A stretch of 32,000 bases of DNA, from positions 90,001 to 122,000 of the forward strand of contig CAYHAA010000004.1 of assembly GCA_964354495.1 (NCBI GenBank). Direction: 5' to 3'. The translations under genes and the position numbers were made by a program. Positions 7,570 through 17,200 of this stretch are shown piece by piece. This stretch comes from an uncultured archaeon (GTDB lineage Archaea; Asgardarchaeota; Thorarchaeia; Thorarchaeales; Thorarchaeaceae). The notes beneath the pieces are model-generated. The model had not been told where the DNA came from and ran no database searches. It saw nothing but the letters and a program-made list of their open reading frames with translations. Numbering within the stretch: position 1 is the first letter of the stretch; each line of letters starts with the position of its first letter.

Positions 7570-9888
7570 TCATTTACGATATGTCAGGACCACTTCATCG
7601 GATAGGGGAACAATCTTCAAGAATGGGCTAGCAGCCTTCGGTGCTTTCTCAACAATGCTCCCGCCATAGACTCTCACCATGGACATGGGCACACTGGGAG
7701 GAATGTGAATCTCAATCTCCTCGGGGAACGACTCCATTCCCACCTCAATCTGGTGTTGGTTCGCGGACATCCCAGTCTCAAGATAAGCTGGTCCTCTTTT
7801 CAATGGTAGTTGATAGATGAGAAGCGGTCTCTTGGCAGTGAACCAGTCTTCAGGTACACCCGATAAGATGACTAGACTAGAGTCGTCTTCACTGATCAGC
7901 ATATCACAGAGAAGTAGAATCAGATCGGCAGAGGCGGCAACACTCAGTCCTGCACCTGCAGAACCACCAAAAGTGCGCAGGTTGACGAACTCGGGAAGAT
8001 GAAAGTCATCCGACATGAATTCAAGCGCTCGATTCAGGATTGGTTCGACTTTCTCCCGTTGCCTTGTCTTCACATAGAAATGAGCTAGACGGAGAGCAAG
8101 ATGACTCGAGTACTTCTCGTCGGGTTGGTGAACCTTCCAGAGACCATTGACCATCCTCTTCGGTGATATCTTGTCGCTCAGTCGTAGAAGGAAAGATGTG
8201 TCAATTGCTTTTATCCGGAGAAGTGCAGCAGATGCAAGGAGATCCAAGATTTCCTGTTCGACTTGCTCACTTGCTGGGTCTGTCGGCCGGAGCCAGCGGG
8301 CCTTGTCAATCTCAGCACAGGTTTCGACCATGTATGTCTGATACTGCTCGATTGTATCATTGAGATTGAGTGTCAACTCACTCTCGTGCAGGGGAGAGAC
8401 TGTGGCGACTGCTGACTCAAGTGCCGCCAGATTCCACAACATCTGCCTTAGGTCAGAGAGCACGCCCGCTCTCATGACGAGATGATGTTGCAGAGGTTCA
8501 TCATCTGACTCTCCAACCTCATGCGCTCTGGGTATCATTCTGCCTCCAAGCTGGACTCTTGCAGCTGCAACCACTCCCGCAGTGAGTTGCTTGAGAAATC
8601 TCAATCGGTCTACAGTCAGGGTCGCTCCTTGGGCATACTCAAGATACTGATGAAAGCCCCAGAGCAGGGGACTAGACATAGAAAGATCCAGTTGTCCATC
8701 TGGAATACTCATATGCTCGCTGAGCGCCTCGACAATCTTCTTCGCCACAATCGTACAACCAGATCTTAGAAGGGCACCGAGTACTCGCATTCGCTCAATC
8801 CAGTCTAGAGAAGCAAGATGAGAATCCTCTGGAAACATGACAGGAAGGGCTTGCATAGCGAGAGAAACAGTGGCTTGAGAGAATAGAGAGTCCAGTCGCT
8901 CTTCAGGGAATGTGGTTTCAACACGAAGATCAGAGAAATCAAACCACGCTCCAATGCTATCTTCACGGTCTTCTGTTGATGGCTTCAATGGGCTGTGGTC
9001 ATCTGTCTTCCCAATTGATGCAAGTGGAGACCAGAAGAAGATTCTTTGAGTACCTGCAGGAGTGAGCGAAACATCGAATCTCATTGCGATGGTAGCCTGG
9101 CCAGCAACAGAGGCAGTCCGGACATCATGACTCTCAGGCATGTGCTTCACTTTCTCTGCGAAGTCAGGATCATCAGCCTCGCCAAAGACGATAGCAGAGG
9201 GGGATTTGTCGAACATCAGAGCCAAGAAACTGTTGGCGTAGATGCATCTTCTTTCTGCATCGTATTCGATGAGTTCAATGGGTTCAACACCGAGAACGGA
9301 CATGGGACGCAGGAGCACGTAGAATGCAAACGTTGTCTTTTCGAGTCCATGATTTCTGAGAACAACTTCGTTGAAGACGTATTCAACGTCATCCTTTCTT
9401 ATATGATAGACAAGTCTAGTGAACTCAACAGATTTGATGTAAGTCTTCCACTCGTAGACCTGGTCGTCGGAAGATACAAGACTGAGTTGTGGACCATCCT
9501 TTCCTATTAGGGCCGGAAAGATAATTTCGTTTTCTCTCTGCAACCACATATCAATAGATTCACAGTCGATTCGCGGGATGACGAGGCCTCTGCTGTCTGC
9601 AATGCCGTACTGCTTTGCACCTACACCCCCTATCAGCGACCAATTACGGTACATGTTATTGCTGAACTCGGTGACAAGACCCTGCTCCTTATCAAAGTCC
9701 TTGAGAGTCAGGACTGCCCATGAAGGAAGCATCCATTGTTCTGCATCAGGATAGAGTCGCGCATTGAGCTGACTTCGTAGATTGTCTATCTCATCTACTG
9801 GGAGCATCCCGTCCCGAGGAGGAGTGAGTCCATGGTGCTTTGCGACTCTCCTAAAACGTTCCAATCGGGCGAGTTCATTGATGATCAA
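7570..9888 (-). CDS. Large six-hairpin glycosidase-like protein (uncharacterised family, possibly degenerate)
   Basis: N-terminal NNMYRNWSLIG...DSRGLVIP...SIDMW and C-terminal LPEFVN...AASADLILLLCDMLISEDDSSLVILSGVPEDWF resemble (alpha/alpha)6 glycosidase-like proteins. TTG start. Confidence 0.5.
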   Translation of the reverse strand: MIINELARLERFRRVAKHHGLTPPRDGMLPVDEIDNLRSQLNARLYPDAEQWMLPSWAVLTLKDFDKEQGLVTEFSNNMYRNWSLIGGVGAKQYGIADSRGLVIPRIDCESIDMWLQRENEIIFPALIGKDGPQLSLVSSDDQVYEWKTYIKSVEFTRLVYHIRKDDVEYVFNEVVLRNHGLEKTTFAFYVLLRPMSVLGVEPIELIEYDAERRCIYANSFLALMFDKSPSAIVFGEADDPDFAEKVKHMPESHDVRTASVAGQATIAMRFDVSLTPAGTQRIFFWSPLASIGKTDDHSPLKPSTEDREDSIGAWFDFSDLRVETTFPEERLDSLFSQATVSLAMQALPVMFPEDSHLASLDWIERMRVLGALLRSGCTIVAKKIVEALSEHMSIPDGQLDLSMSSPLLWGFHQYLEYAQGATLTVDRLRFLKQLTAGVVAAARVQLGGRMIPRAHEVGESDDEPLQHHLVMRAGVLSDLRQMLWNLAALESAVATVSPLHESELTLNLNDTIEQYQTYMVETCAEIDKARWLRPTDPASEQVEQEILDLLASAALLRIKAIDTSFLLRLSDKISPKRMVNGLWKVHQPDEKYSSHLALRLAHFYVKTRQREKVEPILNRALEFMSDDFHLPEFVNLRTFGGSAGAGLSVAASADLILLLCDMLISEDDSSLVILSGVPEDWFTAKRPLLIYQLPLKRGPAYLETGMSANQHQIEVGMESFPEEIEIHIPPSVPMSMVRVYGGSIVEKAPKAASPFLKIVPLSDEVVLTYRK

Positions 9889-9915
9889 TACAGGACCCCA
9901 GCTTGCAGATATTAA

Positions 9916-10550
9916 CTATGTACTATATGAATCGGAGTTATCAAAATGCCTTATTTGTAGTATTCGTCTGTCAGTGGAATCATGATAAAGAGCGAGTTGC
10001 GACGATTGATGATAGAGGAATGACCATTCTTTGGGGATTGAGCCTTGGTTCTGCCACTTTATGTCTATATACTCATCCCTATCAAGAGGGGATGTGTCCA
10101 GGCCTGTGATCCTATTCCATTCCAGATTCAGGGTCTTTAGAGCCTTGCATTCAGAGAGCGGATTCAGGTCCACAGATGTCAGTCTATTCTCGCTGATATC
10201 AAGGAGTTGAAGAGCTTTACATTGAACGAGTTGTGTCAGATCCACAGATGTCAACCTGTTTCCTCCCAGATACAGATGGCCGAGAGAACGACATCTGGAG
10301 AGGGGAGTGAGGTCCACGTTGGTGAATTTGTTTGTTTCACTATCCAAATAACTGAGCTCGCTGCATTCAGAGAGAGGGGTCAGGTCTATCTCGTCAATAT
10401 CTGTTTCATATAGTATAAATCTTCTAAGCTCGGGACAGTTTGAAAGAGGACCTAGGTCAGCAGACCGTAGCGGATTCGATGAAAAGCTGAGAGATTTCAG
10501 TTCCGACAATTCCTTCGCAAAACCAAGATCAATTCTCGACAACCCGTTGC
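9916..10550 (-). pseudogene. 5'-truncated leucine-rich repeat protein
   Basis: About six 22-aa LRRs (xLxxLxLxxNxLxxVDLxPLxxC). The frame begins mid-repeat (SNGLSRIDL) with no credible start and runs upstream into the repeat junction, then a TAA at 10612-10614. Confidence 0.7.
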
Positions 10551-10551
10551 T

Positions 10552-10621
10552 TTTGTTAGAAAAATGGGCCTTTGCTAGAAGGTTGCTCAGGGAATCTCCA
10601 GTGGGCCTTTGTTAGAAAAAT
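10552..10621. repeat. Short tandemly reiterated fragments at the LRR/tnpB junction
   Basis: TTTGTTAGAAAAAT at 10552-10565 and 10608-10621 (identical). TGGGCCTTTG(C/T)TAGAA at 10565-10580 and 10602-10617 (1 mismatch). TTGCTCAG at 10583-10590 also occurs at 10642-10649. Confidence 0.8.
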
Positions 10622-11174
10622 TGATAGTCTGAGACACGGACTTGCTCAGCTTGGTTGGAAGGTCGATGGGAATGATGCTCGATTCCGAGCCTTTCCTGAA
10701 ACGTGGACATCTATCATGTGCTGGAAGTGTGGAAGCATGGGTGAACGACCCAAACAGAACTACTTCAAGTGTCCCTACTGCCGACATAAGACCAACGCTG
10801 ACCGAAATGGTAGTATCAACATTGCTGCACGCATGCTCACGCTCACAAAGTCACTGCACTCTGTGAGGGGACTAGGTCTGTGGACTAGAGCCTTGGACAG
10901 GGCTCGACATGCACGACTGAAAGCCCAAAAGAAGATGTCTTCTCTAGGGAAGTCCTTACTCTCTGTGAAGGAACAGACATCAGGTTCTGGAGAGCCCGCG
11001 GCTGTTCACTTTGTTCAAACGGACCTTGCCAGTTTCAGCAATGAAACTGGTGAGAGTGATGATGACCCCGCCGTGGTAAGTACTGTGGAAATCCTCTCTG
11101 TGGCTGGAAGTGATGCTCCAGCAATAAAACAGGAGAAGGAAGCCAGGTCTTCAGGAGGGATTCCATCCCGATGA
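10590..11174 (+). mobile_element. tnpB: IS200/IS605-family TnpB remnant (C-terminal RuvC-II/Zn-finger/RuvC-III part plus long tail); N-terminus and tnpA missing
   Basis: WAF...ETWTSIMCWKCG...YFKCPYCRHKTNADRNGSINIAAR is the TnpB zinc-ribbon plus NAD.N.A.NI motif. RuvC-I, WED and REC regions are absent. Confidence 0.8.
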
Positions 11175-11286
11175 TAGCGGACAATGCTCTTGCTGATTTC
11201 TCATTCCTATGGAATGTGAGAAGTGGTGACACTGGCAGGAGAGGGGTGGAACACAGAAGTATCTTGCAGTTGAGTGCCACTCACCA
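11175..11286 (+). ncRNA. Putative TnpB omega/reRNA 3' part and element right end
   Basis: Hairpin TTCTCATTCC-TAT-GGAATGTGAGAA (11198-11222). Long stem TGGTGA..TGGCA (11224-11237) pairs with TGCCA.TCACCA (11275-11286). Lies immediately 3' of tnpB. Confidence 0.4.
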
Positions 11287-11304
11287 TAAAACGTAAGATC
11301 CGGG

Positions 11305-11316
11305 TTATCATGATAA
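11305..11316. promoter_or_regulatory. Perfect 12-bp palindrome upstream of the surface-protein operon
   Basis: TTATCATGATAA, followed by a TATA-like TTAATA (11321-11326), about 100 nt upstream of the ATG at 11413. Confidence 0.3.
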
Positions 11317-11412
11317 ACGCTTAATAGAAAACGACTTGAGGGGGATTCTGAATCTCGTAGGCAGTATGATTGTACTAGCGATGCTGCGCGCGCAGAGAGT
11401 GAGGAAAAACAG

Positions 11413-12594
11413 ATGGCAGAAGTTCTAACGAAACCATCAAGGCGAATAAGGAACATGGTAGCTAAGGAGCTACGCCTCATAGTGAAAGATAAGGTTGCCA
11501 TCCTCCTGATCTTCATGCTGCCAGCAGCTCTGATTGGAATGCTGTGGTATGTGACTGAATCTAGTTCCATGGGTGGTATGGACATTGGCGGCAGTAGTGG
11601 TGGTGGTTCATCTGGTGGTGATAACGAAACTGTCATAGAGAGTGACATCATATTGGGTATCATCGATCTAGACACAACGCGAACGTATGAGGGCGAAGAC
11701 CTCTCTGAAAACCTGACAGCATACATCAAGAATTTCGTCAAAGAGCTGATTATCTATAATAGTACAGCTGATGCTTACAGAGACCTCTATGAGAAGGCCA
11801 TTGATGGGTACATAGTGATACCTGATGGCTTTGAGGCCAACTTGACGGTCAACGAGCCAACATATATTGAATTGCACGTAGATTCAACTGATTTTCTGGG
11901 CTCTGCTACAATACAGGGCGTTGTCCAAGGAGCTACCATAATGTTCAGGGTCTCTAAACTCTGGATACGTTCCGAGATCTTTCCTGGGGTAGTCATCGAG
12001 TTCGCGCCGCAGGGAGGGTACTTGGAGGCTGTCTTTGGTGGATTCATAGTCATTTTCTCAAGCTACTTGGGAATCGCGATGACGGCTGCGCAGAGTATTG
12101 TCGGAGACACACCACTTCGAAGAATGCTCCTGACGCCTACGAGTAGGCTAGAGGTCGTATTCTCCAAAGTGATTGCCTATGTCATCATCGGATTTCTGCA
12201 ATCCCTCCTTCTTGTTACGCTCTGGGTGCTGGCATTCAACCTTAATCTAAACACGAATTTCTTCTCGCTTGTCATCATCATGAGCTTCAGCGCCCTGACG
12301 GGATCGGCCACGGGAATTCTGATCTCAGCTGTTGCCGGTACAAGGCTTCAGGCAAATCAGATGTTCTTGTTTGTCCTATTTGCCACACTGATATTGTCTG
12401 GATTCTTCATTGATGTCGGCGTGCTAGATAACATTCTTCCAATGAATCAAGGACTCAAGCTTCTGATTGACACAGCATTCAAGGGTTTGTCATTGCTTCA
12501 GGTACTAGATAAGATATTCATACTTCTCGCATTCTCAGTGGGTGCAATGCTCCTTGCAACCTTCATATTCGCCAGAAAACCAACTTTGGGATAG
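11413..12594 (+). CDS. ABC-2 type exporter permease with extracellular domain (GldF/YbhS-like)
   Basis: N-terminal KELRLIVKDK..ILLIFMLP TM; extracellular loop with YIVIPDGF and N-x-S/T sequons; five C-terminal TMs with RRMLLTP.SRLEVVFSK and ILSGFF...ILP motifs. Confidence 0.9.
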   Translation: MAEVLTKPSRRIRNMVAKELRLIVKDKVAILLIFMLPAALIGMLWYVTESSSMGGMDIGGSSGGGSSGGDNETVIESDIILGIIDLDTTRTYEGEDLSENLTAYIKNFVKELIIYNSTADAYRDLYEKAIDGYIVIPDGFEANLTVNEPTYIELHVDSTDFLGSATIQGVVQGATIMFRVSKLWIRSEIFPGVVIEFAPQGGYLEAVFGGFIVIFSSYLGIAMTAAQSIVGDTPLRRMLLTPTSRLEVVFSKVIAYVIIGFLQSLLLVTLWVLAFNLNLNTNFFSLVIIMSFSALTGSATGILISAVAGTRLQANQMFLFVLFATLILSGFFIDVGVLDNILPMNQGLKLLIDTAFKGLSLLQVLDKIFILLAFSVGAMLLATFIFARKPTLG

Positions 12595-12603
12595 GATAGA
12601 AAC

Positions 12604-14283
12604 ATGATACCAGACGCAGAACATGTCGGGACGCACGAGGAGGAGAAACCAGCCTTTGTTGAGGAGGCGTATTTCTCCGGCGCAAGGATAAGCGAGGCAA
12701 TCGACTGGTGCATCACTCGCCAAGACCGAGAACTGCATTGCGAAGTGGAGGGCGTCCTCACCGATACAGGCAAAGAGATTCGATTCAAGGGGCGGATTCT
12801 GAAAGTCAAGAAGAGCGTACTCTCTAGGAGAATCGCTGTCCACGTGGATGAGGACCTCCGCAGAAGGAGAGCCGGAGAATTGGACAAGATACTCACAGTT
12901 GGGGGTGAGGGTTCAAGTCAGGAGGATGTGGGTGCCACTCAGATTACCGTGCAGAACTATCTGAAGAGAAATATGTCTGATGACCTCTATTATGATGGAA
13001 AGGACCTTCAGCAGGCAGTCAAGGAGCTCGAGAAGGTCAAGGGCCAGGATGTGGTGTGCACTGTCTGGGGAAGACGAGCATCAGATAGGCTTCCAATAAT
13101 GATAGAGGGTGTAGTTGTGGGAGCTACCACCGCACCCGCACCCATCTTGCCAGAGGGGTCTCTAGAGGTCCGTGTCGAGCCTGAAGGTGATGTAGGAGAG
13201 CCGAAGATCTACTATATCGCACAGCCACAACTACTCGTAGGACCCAAGTACAATCCAACTCTGACAGTCCTTGCCGATAAGGTCTATATCATGCCCTTTG
13301 CATGGAAGCAGGCTCCTGAATACCGAGATGTCGTATCCATCCGCAACCTGACAGTCGTTGTGAAGAGCGGCCAGAAACTCATAGAGAATGTGTCATTTTC
13401 GATTAAGGAGGGCGAGATGCTTGCAATCATCGGAGAGTCGGGAGCGGGCAAGTCAACCACTGTCAAAGCACTGATTGGGGACATACCAAGCACCGGAGTG
13501 TCTCGGATTGCAGGGATTGACTCGCGACAGACTCAGAAGGTCAGACACTTCTTCGGGTATTGCCCACAGGATTTGTCCTACATGTATGAGACCTTCACTC
13601 CGCTGGAGAACATTATCGCATTTGGAAAGCAATACAACATCCCTGAATGGCAACTCATCCAGAGAGGAAAGACCCTTCTTCGTGACTTTGGAATTCTCGA
13701 GAAGGGCAATAGTCCAACGTCCGAGCTCTCGGGAGGACAGCAGAGAAGAGAGTCCATTGCCATTGCGCTTGCGCACAATCCCAAGGTCCTATTAATGGAT
13801 GAGCCAACCTCGGGGTTGGACCCAGACAATAGGAGTGAACTCTGGAACTATCTCACCTTCATCAACCAGGAGTATGGCACATCGATCATAGTCATTACGC
13901 ACTACCCCGTTGAAGCAGAGTTCTGCGATAAGGTGGCGGTATTCATGAGAGGGAAGAGCCTTGTTGCATATGGAACTCCAACAAAGTTGAAGGAGTCCAT
14001 GCCATCAAGAGGTTTCGCAGTGGGAATTGTCTTGGAGGAGGTGGACCCGCGGGCTCTGAAGACTCTGGAGAGTGTTGAGGGGGCAAGATTCGTCCTTCAG
14101 AGAGGCGAACTGCTAAAAGTCTTCACTGATGATCCGCTTGAGATTGTCGCAGAGAGATGTGTGACCGCACTCAAGGAACGGGACATCGCAGTAAAGATAG
14201 TCAAGACAAAGTCTACAGCTGATATGGTCGACTATTACATAGCAATTACTAGAGGGCTTGTTCAAGGCACGATTGAGAAGTGA
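12604..14283 (+). CDS. ABC ATPase with ~240-aa N-terminal extension
   Basis: Walker A GESGAGKS, Q-loop CPQ, signature LSGGQ, Walker B LLMDEP, H-loop ITH. The NBD starts at ~13330; the extension contains two similar beta-rich units. Confidence 0.9.
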   Translation: MIPDAEHVGTHEEEKPAFVEEAYFSGARISEAIDWCITRQDRELHCEVEGVLTDTGKEIRFKGRILKVKKSVLSRRIAVHVDEDLRRRRAGELDKILTVGGEGSSQEDVGATQITVQNYLKRNMSDDLYYDGKDLQQAVKELEKVKGQDVVCTVWGRRASDRLPIMIEGVVVGATTAPAPILPEGSLEVRVEPEGDVGEPKIYYIAQPQLLVGPKYNPTLTVLADKVYIMPFAWKQAPEYRDVVSIRNLTVVVKSGQKLIENVSFSIKEGEMLAIIGESGAGKSTTVKALIGDIPSTGVSRIAGIDSRQTQKVRHFFGYCPQDLSYMYETFTPLENIIAFGKQYNIPEWQLIQRGKTLLRDFGILEKGNSPTSELSGGQQRRESIAIALAHNPKVLLMDEPTSGLDPDNRSELWNYLTFINQEYGTSIIVITHYPVEAEFCDKVAVFMRGKSLVAYGTPTKLKESMPSRGFAVGIVLEEVDPRALKTLESVEGARFVLQRGELLKVFTDDPLEIVAERCVTALKERDIAVKIVKTKSTADMVDYYIAITRGLVQGTIEK

Positions 14284-14287
14284 TGAA

Positions 14288-17200
14288 ATGTCAAAGACCA
14301 CGAGAGCAATGCCACAGCTGTGCCTAAGGCTGTTCACATGCATTATGATCGCCTCGATCATGCTCAGTGGTATGACTAGTATTCCTATTGTCACAGGAAC
14401 AGCAAGGGACCAGATACTGCCGCAGGACAAGATTGACACGACACTACTCAATCGGACACAGGTTGAGGAACGACTTGAGGTTCTTGTCGGCTACGATGAT
14501 GTGGCTTCGTATAAGGCACAGAATGCGATACTGATTGCTGATGAGACCGCGGAGTTGTTGGATACTTTCGAGTTTCTCAATATGATACGGGTGAAGATGC
14601 TCAGCACGTCTTTGGCTGACCTCGCCAGAGAAGCCTTCATCACGAAGATATGGTCAAATCAGGTCACCGCAATAAGGCAGACAGAAACCAATACCATCGC
14701 AGAACTCGAGGACTATGTACCTCTAATCGACCGAATAGGTGCGAGAAACCTCGTCGAGGCGGGATACAATGGAACAGGTGTGGTCATTGCTGTCCTCGAT
14801 ACCGGAGTGGACCCGCTTCATCCAGACCTGACAGTCTCAGCATTCGCATCCTTTGTCGAGGCAGATACACTTCCTCTTGACCTCATTGGGCATGGCACCT
14901 ATGCAGCCTCAGTCGCTATGGGAAATGGCAATATGTCCGACGGAAGGTATGCAGGCATAGCTCCTGGAGCAACATTGCTCTCTGCCAAGGTCACTTTGGG
15001 AGGTCTCTTTGCAGCTCCAAGTTGGATAGTCTCGGGTATTGAATGGGCAAGCAGCCGAGGGGCAGACATCATCCTCCTACCATTCAATACCTTTGGTGCT
15101 CCGGGCGACGCGGTTTCAGTGGCCATTCAAGAGGCCACAGAGAAAGGCATCTTTGTCATCGCAGCTGCTGGTGACGATGGCCCGGACTATCTCACAGTCA
15201 TGTCGCCGGGAGGGGGTGCAGCAGCGTTCTGTGTGGGCGCCTATGATACAGAGAAAGAGGAGATTCCCGATTTCTCAGGAAGAGGCCCTTCCCTTGACCT
15301 GCTCACCAAACCAGACATCGTGGCGCCTGGTGTCGGAATCGTTGGTGCTAAGGCCGGGGTGGGTCTTGGTAGCCTGGGATTTGGTGACATTGATCTTACT
15401 GACTTGGGAGATCTCGGTGGTCTTGGAGGTCTTTTGGGAAGTTCCCTTGGCGAAACTGTGGAAGAGAACTTCACTATTGCAGATACGACGACAGCTTCGG
15501 CAGCCATCACCGCCGGAGCTGCAGCGATATTGCTTCAAGCCTTTGATAGAGCAACTCCAATCACCCTCGGAAATGTCCTCCGGGATACGGCCAACCCAAT
15601 AGGGTACGGGGCAAATGATGGCGGAGCTGGCCTTCTGAACATTCAAGGCGCTTTCGATTATCTGAGTATGCGACAGACCCCTGTAAGTCCCCATAATCGT
15701 GCGACGGGTACACCACTTCTTGCTCTGGGTCTTGTATCTGCATCCGGCAGAAATGCATCGACAACGATGTTGATGAGCAGTTTTGGTACCACGGTCGTTG
15801 CCCTTGACTCACGCAATCCTCAGGACTCGGGCATCCATCTCATGCTGGGTATGTTCTCGCTCAAGTGGAACGACATGGATCCGGTGAACCTGATGATGTT
15901 CGATGTCAAGCGCGAACTGCATCAGGTCGTGATGGCAAGCACACTGACGAACTATGACCGCCATATTGGTATCCTGTCATATGAGGATGAAGTCTTCGTC
16001 ACTCTGGTCGTCGAGTCATACAACCTCACTACCTACTCAGCACTACCTCTGACCGCATTCAGAATCACGCCGTACATTCTCAATCTTGGGCCAGAACCGA
16101 TTGAGAACGTGAGCCTCTACGTCTCATATTCGCTAGATCTCTTCTTGGATGGGAGAGATGACCACGGCAAGTATGACCTTGATAATGAACAGCTATTCGC
16201 CTATGGTCTGTCTGAGGACTATGGCAATTTCTATCTTGGGCTCAACTCAAGCATTCCCTTATCAGCATTCGAGGTGGGCAACTCCTCAGAGATATCGAAT
16301 CATATCTCAGACAATGCTCTGACAGGGACTACTGCCTTTGACGGGAGCGTAGCGCTTGCATTGCAGTGGGACTTTGGAACGGTTGAGGTAAACAACCCCG
16401 TGAATGTCACAATCGCACTAGGCTTCGGAGAGAATAGAACAGTCCTTGATGCATCAATAGACGCAATGTGGCTGAACGAGGTTCCCAGCTTCATCGCCAA
16501 TCAAGGAGACCTCATTGTTGTAGAGGCCAATCTACCACGGATAGTTGCGATAGGACAGACCTACGTGTCACAAGCACTCATCATGAATGTTGGAGTCTAC
16601 AATTCATCAGCAATTGCCGCAATGGTCGTTGCAGAAAATCTTGGCGACAGCGGAGCGTTGTTTGCTGAATACTTCTCATACGACATTATTAGACCATTCC
16701 AAGCGATGAGTATGACCGCCACATATCATCCAGAAGGAGCTGGCATCAGAACTGCGGTTTGGGCGGTGGCAGCGAGCCTCGAGTCCGTGATTGGACTGAC
16801 TCAGAATATTAACACCTTAGTTCTTGGTATCCTAGATGACTTTCTGCTTAGAGACATCTTCATTATCTCGCCTATCTCATCTACTTCCGTCTTTCCGAAG
16901 ATAATTCCATTCGCACCATTCGATATCCGATTCCCTGCAGACTTCGGGCTCTATAGCTTTGTTCTAACTACGACCGAGTCCCTGGGAAATATGACCATCA
17001 CAAATCATGGTAATGCATCAGACTGGGGCAATATGTCCCTCACGCATGCAGACACGATTGAGGGATTCTATGACTTCTCGCTGTTTCTGTTGTCCCCACC
17101 TATAGGCATGGATGGGTATCATAGATGTGACTATGTTATTGAAACAGACTATGGATGGACCATGAATATCACCCTAGAGAGAGTGATCAAGTATCCTCGG

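Noticed and set aside
10552-10621. Mini CRISPR array or IS terminal inverted repeats
   Set aside because: The repeats are 14-16 nt, direct, overlapping and irregularly spaced, and derive from tnpB coding sequence. No cas genes are present.
10572-11174. Intact 200-aa TnpB or Cas12f-like nuclease starting at TTG 10572
   Set aside because: The start lies within the scrambled junction, and the RuvC-I, WED and REC regions are missing, so it cannot be an active nuclease.
11151-11741. 196-aa minus-strand ORF; also other antisense ORFs such as 374-784, 6988-7380, 9046-9510, 20030-20533 and 25930-26373
   Set aside because: They overlap well-supported genes on the opposite strand or in another frame and have no recognisable motifs; treated as shadow ORFs.
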